Shown piece by piece: positions 9,176 through 19,907 of a stretch of 64,000 nt of DNA (positions are counted from its first letter, which is position 1; every line of letters begins with the position of its first letter). Source of the DNA: an uncultured Chloroflexia bacterium (GTDB taxonomy: Bacteria; Chloroflexota; Anaerolineae; CG2-30-64-16). The position numbers and the translations under genes are program-made. The notes under the pieces are model-generated. The model saw nothing but the letters and a program-made list of their open reading frames with translations, was not told the DNA's origin and did not search any database. The stretch covers positions 480,001 through 544,000 of the forward strand of contig CAVZDU010000007.1 in NCBI GenBank assembly GCA_963774265.1, written 5' to 3'.

Positions 9176-9712
9176 ATGAAACGGATTCTTGTGATCGTAG
9201 TTTTGGCCGCTGCCGTAGCCGCGCTGTTGGCGGGCACGGCTTTGGCCGGTCCGGTCAATCCGCCCAGCCAGGGTTTCGGCATGGGCGCTCGGATGCAGGC
9301 CCCGGATGCGGCCACGACAGGCGTTTGTGGCATGGTCGGTGGCGCTGGCGCCGCTGGCGGCATGATGGGCCGCGGTGTGCCGGACTGGGCGGGACAGCAC
9401 GATGAACTTGCGACGCTGCTGGGCATGACCGCAGAGGACATCCAGGCGGAGCGGCAGGCCGGCAAGTCCTTGGCGGATATTGCAGCGGCCAAAGGCATCA
9501 CCGACGATAAGCTGGTGGACGCGCTGATGGCAGCCCGGAAGGCCAATCTCGACCAGCTGGTCGCGGATGGTAAGCTGACCCAGGCTCAGGCTGATCTCAT
9601 GATCGAGCGCATGGAGACCCAGGTCAAGAGCATGGTCGTGCGCACGACCACCGGCGCACCCATGGGGCGCGGGCAGGGGATGCGGGGCGGCGGCCGCGGC
9701 TTCAACCGGTAA
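9176..9712 (+). CDS. Secreted Gly/Met-rich helical protein
   Basis: Signal peptide; GKSLADIAAAKGI and LVADGKLTQAQAD motifs; GMGARM/GGMMGRG stretches. Confidence 0.8.
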   Translation: MKRILVIVVLAAAVAALLAGTALAGPVNPPSQGFGMGARMQAPDAATTGVCGMVGGAGAAGGMMGRGVPDWAGQHDELATLLGMTAEDIQAERQAGKSLADIAAAKGITDDKLVDALMAARKANLDQLVADGKLTQAQADLMIERMETQVKSMVVRTTTGAPMGRGQGMRGGGRGFNR

Positions 9713-9718
9713 AGACGG

Positions 9719-9849
9719 GGCTGCGGTTAGAAACCGCAGCCTGGCAGGCCAAACCTGCTGGCGCAGGTTACGACGAGCGTGCTTCAGCACGCTCGTTTTA
9801 TGTCAGACGCCGGTTTTCAACCGGCGGCGCGGTGGCGGTTCGAAACCGC
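9719..9849. repeat. Cluster of five hairpins (REP/BIME-like element)
   Basis: Palindromes at 9719-9741, 9752-9769, 9773-9796, 9808-9826 and 9835-9849. Confidence 0.8.
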
Positions 9850-9883
9850 GGGGCGCGGGGTGATGGCGGCCGTCGCCGCGGCT

Positions 9884-10693
9884 TCAACCGGCTTTAGGCT
9901 CGCCCAGCACCATCTCCTCCAAATCCTGCTCCGCCTGGCCGATCTTCGACCGGTACAGCGCAAGCTGTCTTTCGAAGGACGTGCCGAGATGGCTGGCGTT
10001 GTAGCCCGCGATCATCTGATTCAGCCAGTCACGGAGGACCTCGTCATCACCGTCCCGGTATTCGCCGGTGAAAGTGATCTCCGACAGCGGCAGCTTGGGC
10101 GGCATGGGGGGCCGCACGCCGCGGGCATATCCGAACACGATGGTCATGAGGGGGGTTACGCCTCCCGGCAGGCGCAGCTCGCGCGCCAGATAGCCGGCGT
10201 CCAGGAATCCACTTCGCCCTGTCTCAGACAGCATGACCGAAGCCACCCCCAGCGCCTCTGCAGCGACGTTCAACGCCATTGCGGCCAGCGAAGCGTTCAT
10301 CACCGCCAGCGTGTATTCCACCAGCGGACTCTTCGGGAACACATCGAGCACGCGCCTGGTCCGATGCGTGTCCGCCAGGATGATGATCGCGCGGCTAGCC
10401 TCGAACGGCAGGGGCCGCCCGAACTGCACGGTCCATTCAGCCGATGTGAAGGTCGCAAAGGACCACGTCTGGAGGTTCACCGCGGAGGGCGCCAGCCGGC
10501 CTGCTTCGAGGATCGCAGCGAACACGTCGTCAGGGATGGGGCGATCCTCAAAGCTGCGCACACTCCGCCGGTTCAGCAACACAGACAACAGGGCGTTGTC
10601 CTGCAAGGATTCGGGGATCTGCGGGCGCCCAGCCAGGATACGTGCGATGCTGCGCAGAAAAGTGACGGGCGCGAGAGGCTTGAGAAAATCCAT
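9884..10693 (-). CDS. Nitroreductase family protein
   Basis: NRRSVRSF...AGRLAPSAVNLQTW...AAEALGVAS. Confidence 0.9.
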   Translation of the reverse strand: MDFLKPLAPVTFLRSIARILAGRPQIPESLQDNALLSVLLNRRSVRSFEDRPIPDDVFAAILEAGRLAPSAVNLQTWSFATFTSAEWTVQFGRPLPFEASRAIIILADTHRTRRVLDVFPKSPLVEYTLAVMNASLAAMALNVAAEALGVASVMLSETGRSGFLDAGYLARELRLPGGVTPLMTIVFGYARGVRPPMPPKLPLSEITFTGEYRDGDDEVLRDWLNQMIAGYNASHLGTSFERQLALYRSKIGQAEQDLEEMVLGEPKAG

Positions 10694-10699
10694 CGAGGA

Positions 10700-11908
10700 T
10701 CAGTTCTCCGGCGGTTTTTCCGTCACGGAAAGGAACCCGCCGAACAGCCGGTACTCGTCCATCCGGCACGAGTTGATGAACTTTCCGTCGTAAATCGTGA
10801 TATCGGGGCAGGAGTCGCACATGTCAGCGCGTCCGTCGCCTTGCAGGTCGGGCGCCTGGATCACACCGACGCTCTGCACGTACACGGGGCGAAACAGCCG
10901 GACGGGGTTGCGCACCAGATCACTCAGGCGCCTACCCAAGGCCTTGCGCACCTTCGGATCCCAGGGCGACATCATGAAGGCCCACCCGCCCACGTTTGCT
11001 TCGGACAGGTATGCGAGGTACGTCCCCTTCAGCAGATGATGCCCTGCCTGAGCCACCTCCATGGTCTGTTTCCCGATTGCGCCGTATATGCGCCCTTTGG
11101 AGCCGATCACCGCGCCCGCAAGCCATTTGTAAGTGTCATGCCGCACCGTGCCGCCCAGGTATCCGGCAGCGTCGTATTCGGGGCACACCTTCTGCAGCAG
11201 CTCGTAGACCTCAGGCGAAGTCACGAATTCCTCGTCGAAGTGCTCCTTGACATAGCTCAACTTGCTCAGGTCCACCTGGTGGTCGGTCGCGTCGCTAGCC
11301 ACGTGCTCATCGAGCTTGGCCGTGCGGTAAGTGATGAATACCAATCCCTGCACCCGGTCGATGTTCGCCTGGCCCCACTTGAGAACATCCGGGATTTCTT
11401 TGAAGGTCGAGGGGTAAACGGTTGAGTTGAAGATGACGTACAGGCCCTCTTCGTCGTAAATCATATCGGCGAAGTGCTGGCGCAGCTCGTTGAGTTCACC
11501 CTCGTTCTTGCCCTTCCATTTTGGGCGGTTCTGATGGCTGTCAACGTGGATCGTGAAGCCGGCCAAACCGGCCTTCTTCAGTTCCTTCAGAATTTGAGGA
11601 TCGAGCGCGACGCCGTTTGTCAGGACAACGGGCTTGATGCCCTGCTCGTGGATGAATGCCACCAGGTCCACGATGTGCGGGTAGATCAACGGCTCGCCGC
11701 CCGCGATGGACACATTATCCGGGTTGCGCCACCGCTTAAACAAGAGGACTTCTTCCTTGACCTGGTCAAGGGTTTTGTGGCCGGTCATATGCTGGCGGTA
11801 GCACCCTTCACAGTGGATGTTACAGATGTCGGTGACTTCCAACCAGGCGATCGGGTTGTCGTTGAGCGACCATGGAAAGCGATAGAGATTGCGTTTTTCG
11901 AGGGTCAT
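10700..11908 (-). CDS. Radical SAM protein of unknown function
   Basis: CNIHCEGC, AGGEPL, LTNG; C-terminal MCDSCPD...CRMDE. Confidence 0.9.
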   Translation of the reverse strand: MTLEKRNLYRFPWSLNDNPIAWLEVTDICNIHCEGCYRQHMTGHKTLDQVKEEVLLFKRWRNPDNVSIAGGEPLIYPHIVDLVAFIHEQGIKPVVLTNGVALDPQILKELKKAGLAGFTIHVDSHQNRPKWKGKNEGELNELRQHFADMIYDEEGLYVIFNSTVYPSTFKEIPDVLKWGQANIDRVQGLVFITYRTAKLDEHVASDATDHQVDLSKLSYVKEHFDEEFVTSPEVYELLQKVCPEYDAAGYLGGTVRHDTYKWLAGAVIGSKGRIYGAIGKQTMEVAQAGHHLLKGTYLAYLSEANVGGWAFMMSPWDPKVRKALGRRLSDLVRNPVRLFRPVYVQSVGVIQAPDLQGDGRADMCDSCPDITIYDGKFINSCRMDEYRLFGGFLSVTEKPPEN

Positions 11909-12096
11909 GATGCCTCCGGGTGAGAATGAGACCAGGTGCAAATAGGGCGAGCGCAGGGCACCCATCGGTCCAGACGCGCGTGTAACCGTTGCCCGAACCG
12001 CGAGTCAGTGGGGTTGACGGACAAGAAACAGGATGTCAGGATAGAGTGTGCCACAAGTTCGTGGTGCGGGCAAGCGTACGATCACGCTCGATCCCA

Positions 12097-12163
12097 TACC
12101 CCAGGTGCCCGCATACCCCAGGTGTACCCCAGGTGCCCGGCACTTCGCAAGTGCCGGGCACCT
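12097..12163. repeat. REP-like palindrome with short tandem repeats
   Basis: AGGTGCCCGGCACTT-CGC-AAGTGCCGGGCACCT (12131-12163); TACCCCAGGTG at 12097, 12114, 12125. Confidence 0.8.
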
Positions 12164-12192
12164 CTCGGGAGGCACCTGTGGCGTCTTTGGGC

Positions 12193-13870
12193 CTACAGCG
12201 CCAGCCAGCGATAACCGCTTGGCGGCAACGCCAGGGACAATGGTGCTTGTGTCACTGCATCCAGCCGTTCGCCCGTGAACAGGTCGACAGGCGTCGCGCC
12301 GGCAAACGCGGAGAGGTCCAGGGCCACGCTCTGCGGCTCAGTCGAGAGGTTGTTCACCGACAACAGGGTCACGCCATTCCAGCTTCGCAGGAAGGCCAGA
12401 ACCGCCTTATTACGGGGCTCCAGCACTTTGAAGTCCCCACGGCCGAAGGTCGGGTTAGCCTTTCGAACCGCCATCATCGTCCGTATCCGGTTCAGCAGTG
12501 AGCCGGCATCCCCGCGCTGCTGTGCCACGTTCACCCGCTGATACCCGGAGGTGTCATCACTGATGAGCGGGAAGTAGAATTTCGATGGGTCCGCGTCGGA
12601 GAAGCCCGCGCCGGGCGTATGGTTCCACTGCATCGGCGTTCGTACGCCGCCGCGATCGTCGAGCCAGATATTGTCGCCCATGCCGATCTCATCGCCGTAG
12701 TAAATCACCGGCGAGCCCGGGAGCGTGAAGAGGATCGAGTTTGCCAATTCGATTCTTGCGCGGTCATTGCCGAGCAGCGGGGCCAGCCGCCGCCGGATCC
12801 CCAGGTTCAGGCGCATGCGAGGCTCGGGCGCGTAGAAGTCCCACATGAACTTGCGTTCCTCAGGGGTCACCATCTCCAGCGTCAGCTCGTCGTGACAGCG
12901 GAGGAAGGTTCCCCACTGGCACCCCTTGGGCAGAGGCGGCGTACGAGCCAGGATCTCCAGGATAGGAGTACGGTCGGCCCGTGCCAGCGCCATGTAGATG
13001 CGAGGCATGACGGGGAAGTGGAAGTTCATGTGGAATTCATCGCCGGGGATCTCCGGGTTGTTCAGATCACCGCCGAAGTACGGCCGCACATCCTCGGGCC
13101 ATTGATTCGCTTCGGATAGGAGCATTGTGCCCGGCGCGTAGCCGTCGACGAACGAGCGCACCCGCTTGAGATACGCGTGCGTCTCCGGAAGGTTCTCGCA
13201 GCTGGTCCCCTCGCGTTCGATCAGGTAAGGGGTTGCATCGACCCGGAAGGCGTCCACGCCCAAGTCCATCCAGAACTGCACGACCCGCAGCATCGCGCGC
13301 TGCACTTCGGGGTTGTCATAATTGAGGTCCGGCTGATGGCTGAAGAAACGATGCCAGTAATACTGCCCGCGCAGCGGCTCGAAGGTCCAGTTGGACGGCA
13401 CCGAGTCGATGAAGATGATGCGGGCATCCTTGTACTTCTGATCCGTATCGCTCCAGACATACCAATCACGGTACTTCTTGTGTTCGGGGTGGCTGGGATC
13501 GCCGCGAAGCCTGAAACCATGCGTTCTGGTCCGAAGTGTGGTTCGGAACCATTTCGACCACGACTTTCAGTCCGAGGCGGTGGGCCTCCGTGACGAGCGC
13601 CTTGAAGTCGTCGAGATTTCCGTAGTCTGGGTGAATGGCGGTGTAGTCCGCCACGTCGTATCCGTCATCGCGCAGAGGAGACGGGCAAATGGGCAGCATC
13701 CACACGGCGTCGATGCCCAGCCATTGGAGGTGTTCCAGCTTTGCGGTCAGACCGGCAAGGTCCCCGATGCCGTCGCCGTTACTATCGGCGTACGCACGCA
13801 CGAAGACTTCGTAGAAGACGGCATCCTTGTACCAGGTGGGATCGGTGTTGGTGAGCGGATCAGATAGCAT
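12193..13870 (-). CDS. treS: Trehalose synthase (GH13 maltose alpha-D-glucosyltransferase), frameshift near 13500
   Basis: [51 protein letters not shown] across two frames. Confidence 0.92.
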
Positions 13871-13970
13871 GGCGATTTCTTCTCCATCGAATGGTGATCA
13901 GCCAATAGCGCTGGGAAGATTGTAGCACACACTATGGGGCTTGACGATTAGTCATCTGGATGATGTCGCC

Positions 13971-16455
13971 TCAGTTGAGGTCGTGCACCGTCCGCTGAAT
14001 GATGTCGTCCTGCGTGGCCCGGTCCAGGGTCACGAACAGGGCGCTGTATCCTGCCACCCGGACCACCAGGTCGCGGTACTCCTCGGGGTTGCGCTGGGCT
14101 GCCCGCAGGGTCTCTGTGTCCACCGTGTTGAACTGCACGTGCCAGACCTTGAGACTGGTCAGCCCGCGCAACAAGGACGCCAGGCGCCGCAGGCCGGCGT
14201 CAGTGGCCAGGGACGACAGGCGCCAGGCGCAGGTTGAGCAGCTGAGCCAGCATGCGGATGTTGGGCAACCTGGATATGGAGCGCAGCACGGCGGTCGGTC
14301 CGGCGGTGTCGGTGCCGTGCACCGGCGACATGCCTTCGGCGATGGGCTCGCCGGCGCGGCGGCCGTCCGGCGTGGCGCCAACTTTAGCGCCCATCGGCAC
14401 GTTGGCCGAGATGTTGCTGCTCGACCCGGCATAGCCGCCGCCGATCGGCCCGCGGCCATAGCGCGAGTTGTGATACTTGACCATCTCGTCCAGGTAGTCG
14501 TCGTAGACGCGCACGGCCAGGCTATCCACCTCTTCCAGGTCGTTGCCGTACTTGGGCGCGCCCAGAAGGCGCTGGCGCACGACCTCGCCGTTGGTCCCCT
14601 CGAAGTTGTCGGCAAGCGCGCTCGGCCAGCTCGGCCGCGGTCAGCTTGCCTTCGTCATACACCAGCTGCTTGAGCGCCATCAGGGCGTTGGCCACGTTCG
14701 TGATGCCTGATTGCAGGCCGCTGACGATGTCGTATCGGGCGCCGCCCTCCTTGATCGTCAGGCCGCGCGCCAGGCAGTCGTCGACCAGCGCGGAGGCGAA
14801 GGCATCCGGCACCATCTCTTCGAGACATGTGTCGGCCACGGCATCCAGGTGGAAGGCGGTGCGGGCGTCGCGCATGTACTGGCCGTGGAACGCTGCGTAC
14901 AGATCTTCGAAGGTGGCAAATTCGGACAACGAGCCCGTGCCGGCCAGCAACTGGCGCCCGGTGCGGGAATCCACCCCGTTGTTCAAGGCCAGCTCCAGCA
15001 CTTTCAGCACGTTCAGGAAGGCCATGCCGGTGACCCGGTAGCCCCACTTGCCCGGCACAGCGGTTTCTACGCAGCCCACGATGGCGTAGTTGTAGGCATC
15101 GGGCGATGCCACGCCTTTTTCGAGCAGGGACGGGATGATGATCTCGTCGTTCTTGATGGCCGGCATGCCGAAGCCCAGGCGGATGGTGCGGCCGCACTCC
15201 ATCAGGAAGCGGTCGGGCGTGCCGCTGTGGATGCGTGCTGAGACGTTGGGCTGGGTCAGCCGGATGCTACGGATCGTTTCCAGCACCATGTACGAGATGT
15301 CGTTGGTGGAATCCTGGCCGTCCTCGGTCTGCCCACCGATCGTAACGTTCTGGTAGGTGGCATAGCCGATGCCGAAGCGGGTGTGGTCCCACGGCCGCAC
15401 CTTGTTGATGGAAAAGAGCTTGAGCCAAAGCAGCTCGAGCAGTTCGTGGGCCTGCGACGCGTCAGGCGGCCGGCCGCCAGGTCGGCCTGGTAGTACGGAT
15501 AGGTGTACGGTCCAGGCGCCCGAGTGAGAACGAGTGGCCGTTGCTCTCGATCTGGCTGAGCACGTGCACGAAGAAGGCCGACTGCAGGGCCTCCCAGAAG
15601 GTGCGGGCGGGTCGGGCCGGCACCTGGCGGCAGTTCGCGGCGATCTGGCGCAGCTCGGCCTGGCGCTCCGCTGAGACGCCGGGCAGAGCGGCCAGCCGTT
15701 CTGCCTCCACGCTGTAACGCCCGGCGAAGCGCATGGCCGCCTTGAGGGTGATGATGGCCGCCTGCAGGAAGGGCCGCTTCTTGAAATTCGATGGCCTCGT
15801 AGGGCGAGAGGGTGGCCAGAGCCTCTTCGGCTTCGACAAGGACCCCTTCCAACCCCACCTTGATCACCTTTTCCAGCTCCAGGATGATGTGCCCGTCGCC
15901 GGAGGTGATGTTGCCCCGGCCTGAGATCACGCCCATGACCTGGGCCTCTGTCACGTCGTCGGGCATCACGGCTTTGACCCGGTCGTTGAGGGTCTTGCCG
16001 CGCCAGGCCGGCACGATCGTCTCCAGGATGTCTTCCCTGACCTGGGGGCTGACCTCGAAGCGGTCCGCCGAGCGCCTGGGGAACTCGTCGATCTCATCGG
16101 CCAGGAAGTCGACCAGGTATTCCGGGAAGATGGGCGCGGCGCGCGGCGCGCTGGCCTGGTTGCCGACGATCAGCTCTCCCTCGTCGATGTAGATCGACAT
16201 ATGGTCCAGGGTGTAGGCAAAGGCCCTGGCGCGGCGCAGCACCACCGGATCGCCCGCATGGGCGGCATAGGCCTCGGTCACCATCAGGCCGCGCTCAGAG
16301 CACAGGCTGGGATTCGTGTTGATGAGCTTCTCACGCAGGCGTGCAACGCGTGGCGTCGAGCCGGCCGGCATCTTCTTGTTAGCCTTGGGGGCTGCGGCCG
16401 CGTCCGCCGCGTCCTCGACAGCCGGCCTGGTCATATCCTCAGTCATCACAGACAT
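13971..16455 (-). CDS. Glycyl radical enzyme, YbiW/PflF-like, several frameshifts
   Basis: RAAPIFPEY, GNITSGDGH, QIESNGHS, Cys loop GCVETAVPGKWGYR, Gly loop VVRVAGYSA. Confidence 0.88.
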
Positions 16456-16481
16456 TGCGAATTCCCCTCTCCCTGATCGTG

Positions 16482-18929
16482 TCACACGTTGCTATACGCC
16501 GTACGTTGAATGATCTCATCCTGCAGTTTGCGATCCAGCTCAGTGAAGTAGGCGCTGTAGCCTGCCACCCGCACCACCAGCCCCCGGTACTCCTCAGGGT
16601 GCAGCTGGGCCTGGCTCAGCGTCTCGGCCGACACCACGTTGAACTGGACGTGGGGTATCTTGAGCCGGCAGAAGCCCCGCAGCAGAAGGGCGAATTTGTC
16701 CAGGGCGGGCATGCCGGCGAAGAAGGACGGCAGGAATTTCATGTTGAGCAGGGTGCCGTTGGAGGCCAGCTCCAGGTTCAGCTTGCTCACCGAATGCAGC
16801 ACGGCGGTCGCGCCGCGCAGGTCGCGACCGGCGGCGGGCGAGAGACCGCCATCGGCCAGCGGTTCGTGGGCACGCCGGCCATCCGGGGTGGCGCCAACCG
16901 CGGCGCCCATCGGCACGTGGGCCGACACCGTGTAGAAGCCGCCCTGGTACTCGCCCCCGCGTAGCGTGGTGTATCGGCTGACCAGTTCGCTGAAGCGATC
17001 GCCGAAGCGCCGCGCATACTGGTCGACCCGCTCGTCATCGTTACCGAACTTGGGGGCCAGGTTGATCAGGCGCTGGCGCAGGACCTCTTGCCCCTCGAAA
17101 TTGGCGCGCAGGGCGGCCAGCAGGCCGGCTGCGCTCACCCAGTGCTGCTGCATGACCGCGGCCTCAACCGCCGCCAGACTGTCGGCGACGTTGGCGATCT
17201 GCACCCCCTGCACGCCCGAGAAGTTGTAGCGTGCTCCGCCCGCGGTCACGTCCAGGCCGCGCTCGATACAGTCCAGGATGACCGATGACAGGAAGGGGGA
17301 TGGCAAGAGCTCGGCATGCAGCCGGTCGATGACGTTGCAGCCCTGCACCATGAGATCGACGAAATGGACCAGTTGCCTGTCGTAGGCGTCCAGCAGCTCC
17401 TCAAAATTGTCCATCTGGTCCAACGGCCGCGTGGCCAGGCCGACCTGGGCGCCGTCCTGCGGGTTTTGCCCGCCGAAGAGGGTCAGCTCCAGGATACGCG
17501 TCATGTTGAACATGGCCGCGTCGCTCCAGCCGAGAGCGCGGCCCGGGCATGAAAGCTCGACACAGCCGACAACCGCGTAGTCCATCGCCAGTTCGCGCGG
17601 GATGCCCCGCCGGACCTGGCCGGGGACGATCACTTCGTCGTTGAAGACCTGGGGCATGCCGCTGCCCTTGCTGATCACGAAGGACGCCGCGCGCAGGAAA
17701 TCCTGGGGCGAGCCGGGATGGATGCGGATACCCAGGTTCGGTTGGGTGAGGCCGAGATCGGCCTGGGCGCGCAAGCACATGTAGCTCAGCGGATTGGTGG
17801 CGTCGCCGCCTTGGGGCAGCTGGCCGCCGGTGATCAGGTTGAAGCCGATGGGGAAGCCTGCGAAGTAGCGGGCGCTCTTGCTGCTGCGGAGCAGTACAAT
17901 CTCGTTGAATTTGAGCCAGAACGGCTCCAACCACGCCTGGGCCTCCCCCAGTGTGAGGCGGCCCGCGTTCAGGTCTGCCGCCAGGTAGGGCCACAGTGTC
18001 TGGTCCAGCCGGCCCAGCGAGAAGCTGCTCGCGTTGGATTCAATCTGGAGCATCACGAAGAGGAACCAGACCGCCTGCAGCGCCTCGGGAAAGTCACGCG
18101 CCGGGTGCTCGGCCAGCCAGCGGCACGTGGCCGCGATCTGGCGCAGCTCGGCTCGCCGCGCCGCATCGGTCTCCCCGCCGGCCTGGTCATCGGCCAGGCT
18201 GGCGAAACGCAGGATGAACTCGCTCCCCGCCTGCAGCGTGATCAGCAGTGACGAGTAGAAGACCTGCTGGCCATCCCCCTTTGCTTCAGACTTCTGCCTG
18301 GCAGCTTCGACCGCGCTGCGCAGCCCTCCCAGCCCCGAGCGCAGCCAGCCCTGCACGTCCGGCAAAATATGCCCCTGGCTGTGGTCAGTCTGGTTGAGGC
18401 TGAAAGCGCCGCCCTGGGTGGCGTGTTTGACCTCGGCAGGCACCCGCGCCGCCACCCGGTCTTCCAGGGTCTGGCCGCGCCAATAGGGGAAAATCTCCTC
18501 GCGCAGCTCACGAATCTCCTCGGGAGTGATCTCAAACTTGTCCTGCGGCCGGGTGTGCAGCACTTCCAGCTCACGGTCCACCCAGTCCACCGCACCCTCG
18601 GGCGCGATCACACCCATGCGCGGCAGCAGAGACCTGTTGCCCACGATCCGCTCGTCCTCATAGATCGCAATGGACATGTGCCGGACGTTGTGCAGCAGCA
18701 TTTTGGCCCGGCGGATGGCCATCGGCTCGCCCTCGGTCTGCCGGTAGCTCTCAGTCGTATAGCGCGCTCGCTCCAGGTCGATGCGTCGCGGGGTGTGCAG
18801 GAGGCGTTCCTTGATGCGCAGGGCGCGCGGGTCCGTGTGGGTGCTGGACCACTCAGCGGGCGGGAACGCAAGAACCGGGTTCGCTTCCAGCGCCGCCACC
18901 CCAGGTGCTTCTTTCACGATGAAGGACAT
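16482..18929 (-). CDS. Glycyl radical enzyme, PflD-like
   Basis: Intact 815 aa; NQTDHSQGH, ESNASSFSLGR, SARYFAGFP, Cys loop GCVELSCPG, Gly loop VVRVAGYSA. Confidence 0.92.
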   Translation of the reverse strand: MSFIVKEAPGVAALEANPVLAFPPAEWSSTHTDPRALRIKERLLHTPRRIDLERARYTTESYRQTEGEPMAIRRAKMLLHNVRHMSIAIYEDERIVGNRSLLPRMGVIAPEGAVDWVDRELEVLHTRPQDKFEITPEEIRELREEIFPYWRGQTLEDRVAARVPAEVKHATQGGAFSLNQTDHSQGHILPDVQGWLRSGLGGLRSAVEAARQKSEAKGDGQQVFYSSLLITLQAGSEFILRFASLADDQAGGETDAARRAELRQIAATCRWLAEHPARDFPEALQAVWFLFVMLQIESNASSFSLGRLDQTLWPYLAADLNAGRLTLGEAQAWLEPFWLKFNEIVLLRSSKSARYFAGFPIGFNLITGGQLPQGGDATNPLSYMCLRAQADLGLTQPNLGIRIHPGSPQDFLRAASFVISKGSGMPQVFNDEVIVPGQVRRGIPRELAMDYAVVGCVELSCPGRALGWSDAAMFNMTRILELTLFGGQNPQDGAQVGLATRPLDQMDNFEELLDAYDRQLVHFVDLMVQGCNVIDRLHAELLPSPFLSSVILDCIERGLDVTAGGARYNFSGVQGVQIANVADSLAAVEAAVMQQHWVSAAGLLAALRANFEGQEVLRQRLINLAPKFGNDDERVDQYARRFGDRFSELVSRYTTLRGGEYQGGFYTVSAHVPMGAAVGATPDGRRAHEPLADGGLSPAAGRDLRGATAVLHSVSKLNLELASNGTLLNMKFLPSFFAGMPALDKFALLLRGFCRLKIPHVQFNVVSAETLSQAQLHPEEYRGLVVRVAGYSAYFTELDRKLQDEIIQRTAYSNV

Positions 18930-18941
18930 GCTTCCTCTCGT

Positions 18942-19907
18942 TCAGCCCCCTACGGTTACGGCCAGGCCGTAACTGCGCACGATGCCGGCCAGCCCGGCCA
19001 CCTGCTCATCGGATAGAGTCGGGTAGTCTGCCCAGGGGTAGGTTTTTCCGATGACCGTGTACTTGCCTCGCCCCAATGCGTGATACGGGAGCAGGTCCAC
19101 TCGCTGGGAGGGCAGATTCAGATCGACCACCAGGGCCGCCACCGCCTGAATGGTTTCTGCAGTGGCGTTGAAGCCGGGAATGAGAGGCACCCGCACAATC
19201 ACCGGGGCAGCCAGCCTGGCAAGGTGGCGCAGGTTTTCCAGGATGAGCGTGTTGTCGACGCCGGTATATTGGCGGTGGATCTCCCCATCCAGGTGCTTCA
19301 CATCAAACAGCACCGTGTCCAGGAAAGGCAGGCAGCGTTCGAATGAGCGCCAGGGCGCCTGTCCGGTGGTCTCGATGGCCGTGTTGATGCAATCCGCATG
19401 GGCCAGGCGCAGCAGCGCCTCGGCCAGGTCCGGCTGAAGCAGCGGCTCGCCGCCGCTCAATGTGAGGCCGCCGTCCCCCTGATAGAAGGGCACGTCCCGG
19501 CGCACCTCGGCCATGATGCTGCCCGCGGTGCGCCGCTGGCCGATCCAGCGGACGCCGCGCGCCGGGCAGGCCTGGGCGCGCGTATCGAACTCGGACACCA
19601 ACTCCTGCTTCCAGCGCGTGTCTGCATGGGCCTGCCATGCCGCGGGACAGCTCTTGTCGAACTGGCCGCAGCTGATGCAGTTCACTGCAAAAACGGCGAT
19701 CTCGGGGCTCATCTGCTGCGACTCCGGATTGGCACACCAGCCGCAGCGCAGCGGGCAGCCTTTAAAGAACACAGTGGTGCGTAAACCCGGGCCGTCGTGC
19801 AGGCTGTAGCGCTGGATGTCGAAGACCGTGCCTTCGACCGCCTCACACGCCTCGAGTTCGACAAGGCTCATCCCGGTAACCAACAGTTCGTCAACACAAG
19901 TTATCAT
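18942..19907 (-). CDS. Glycyl-radical enzyme activating enzyme
   Basis: HDGPGLRTTVFFKGCPLRCGWCANPES, TLSGGEPL, LLPYH. Confidence 0.95.
   Translation of the reverse strand: MITCVDELLVTGMSLVELEACEAVEGTVFDIQRYSLHDGPGLRTTVFFKGCPLRCGWCANPESQQMSPEIAVFAVNCISCGQFDKSCPAAWQAHADTRWKQELVSEFDTRAQACPARGVRWIGQRRTAGSIMAEVRRDVPFYQGDGGLTLSGGEPLLQPDLAEALLRLAHADCINTAIETTGQAPWRSFERCLPFLDTVLFDVKHLDGEIHRQYTGVDNTLILENLRHLARLAAPVIVRVPLIPGFNATAETIQAVAALVVDLNLPSQRVDLLPYHALGRGKYTVIGKTYPWADYPTLSDEQVAGLAGIVRSYGLAVTVGG

Noticed and set aside
9779-11425. Long antisense ORFs (also 24458-25834, 40455-41891, 50248-52131)
   Set aside because: They are shadows of real genes on the opposite strand in GC-rich DNA and carry no motifs.
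12097-12180. Possible mini-CRISPR array
   Set aside because: The 11-bp units have 0-6-bp gaps, there are no spacers of CRISPR size, and no cas genes.
13971-18929. Calling the GREs pyruvate formate-lyase
   Set aside because: Both have a single-Cys GCVE loop, not the adjacent Cys-Cys of PFL.
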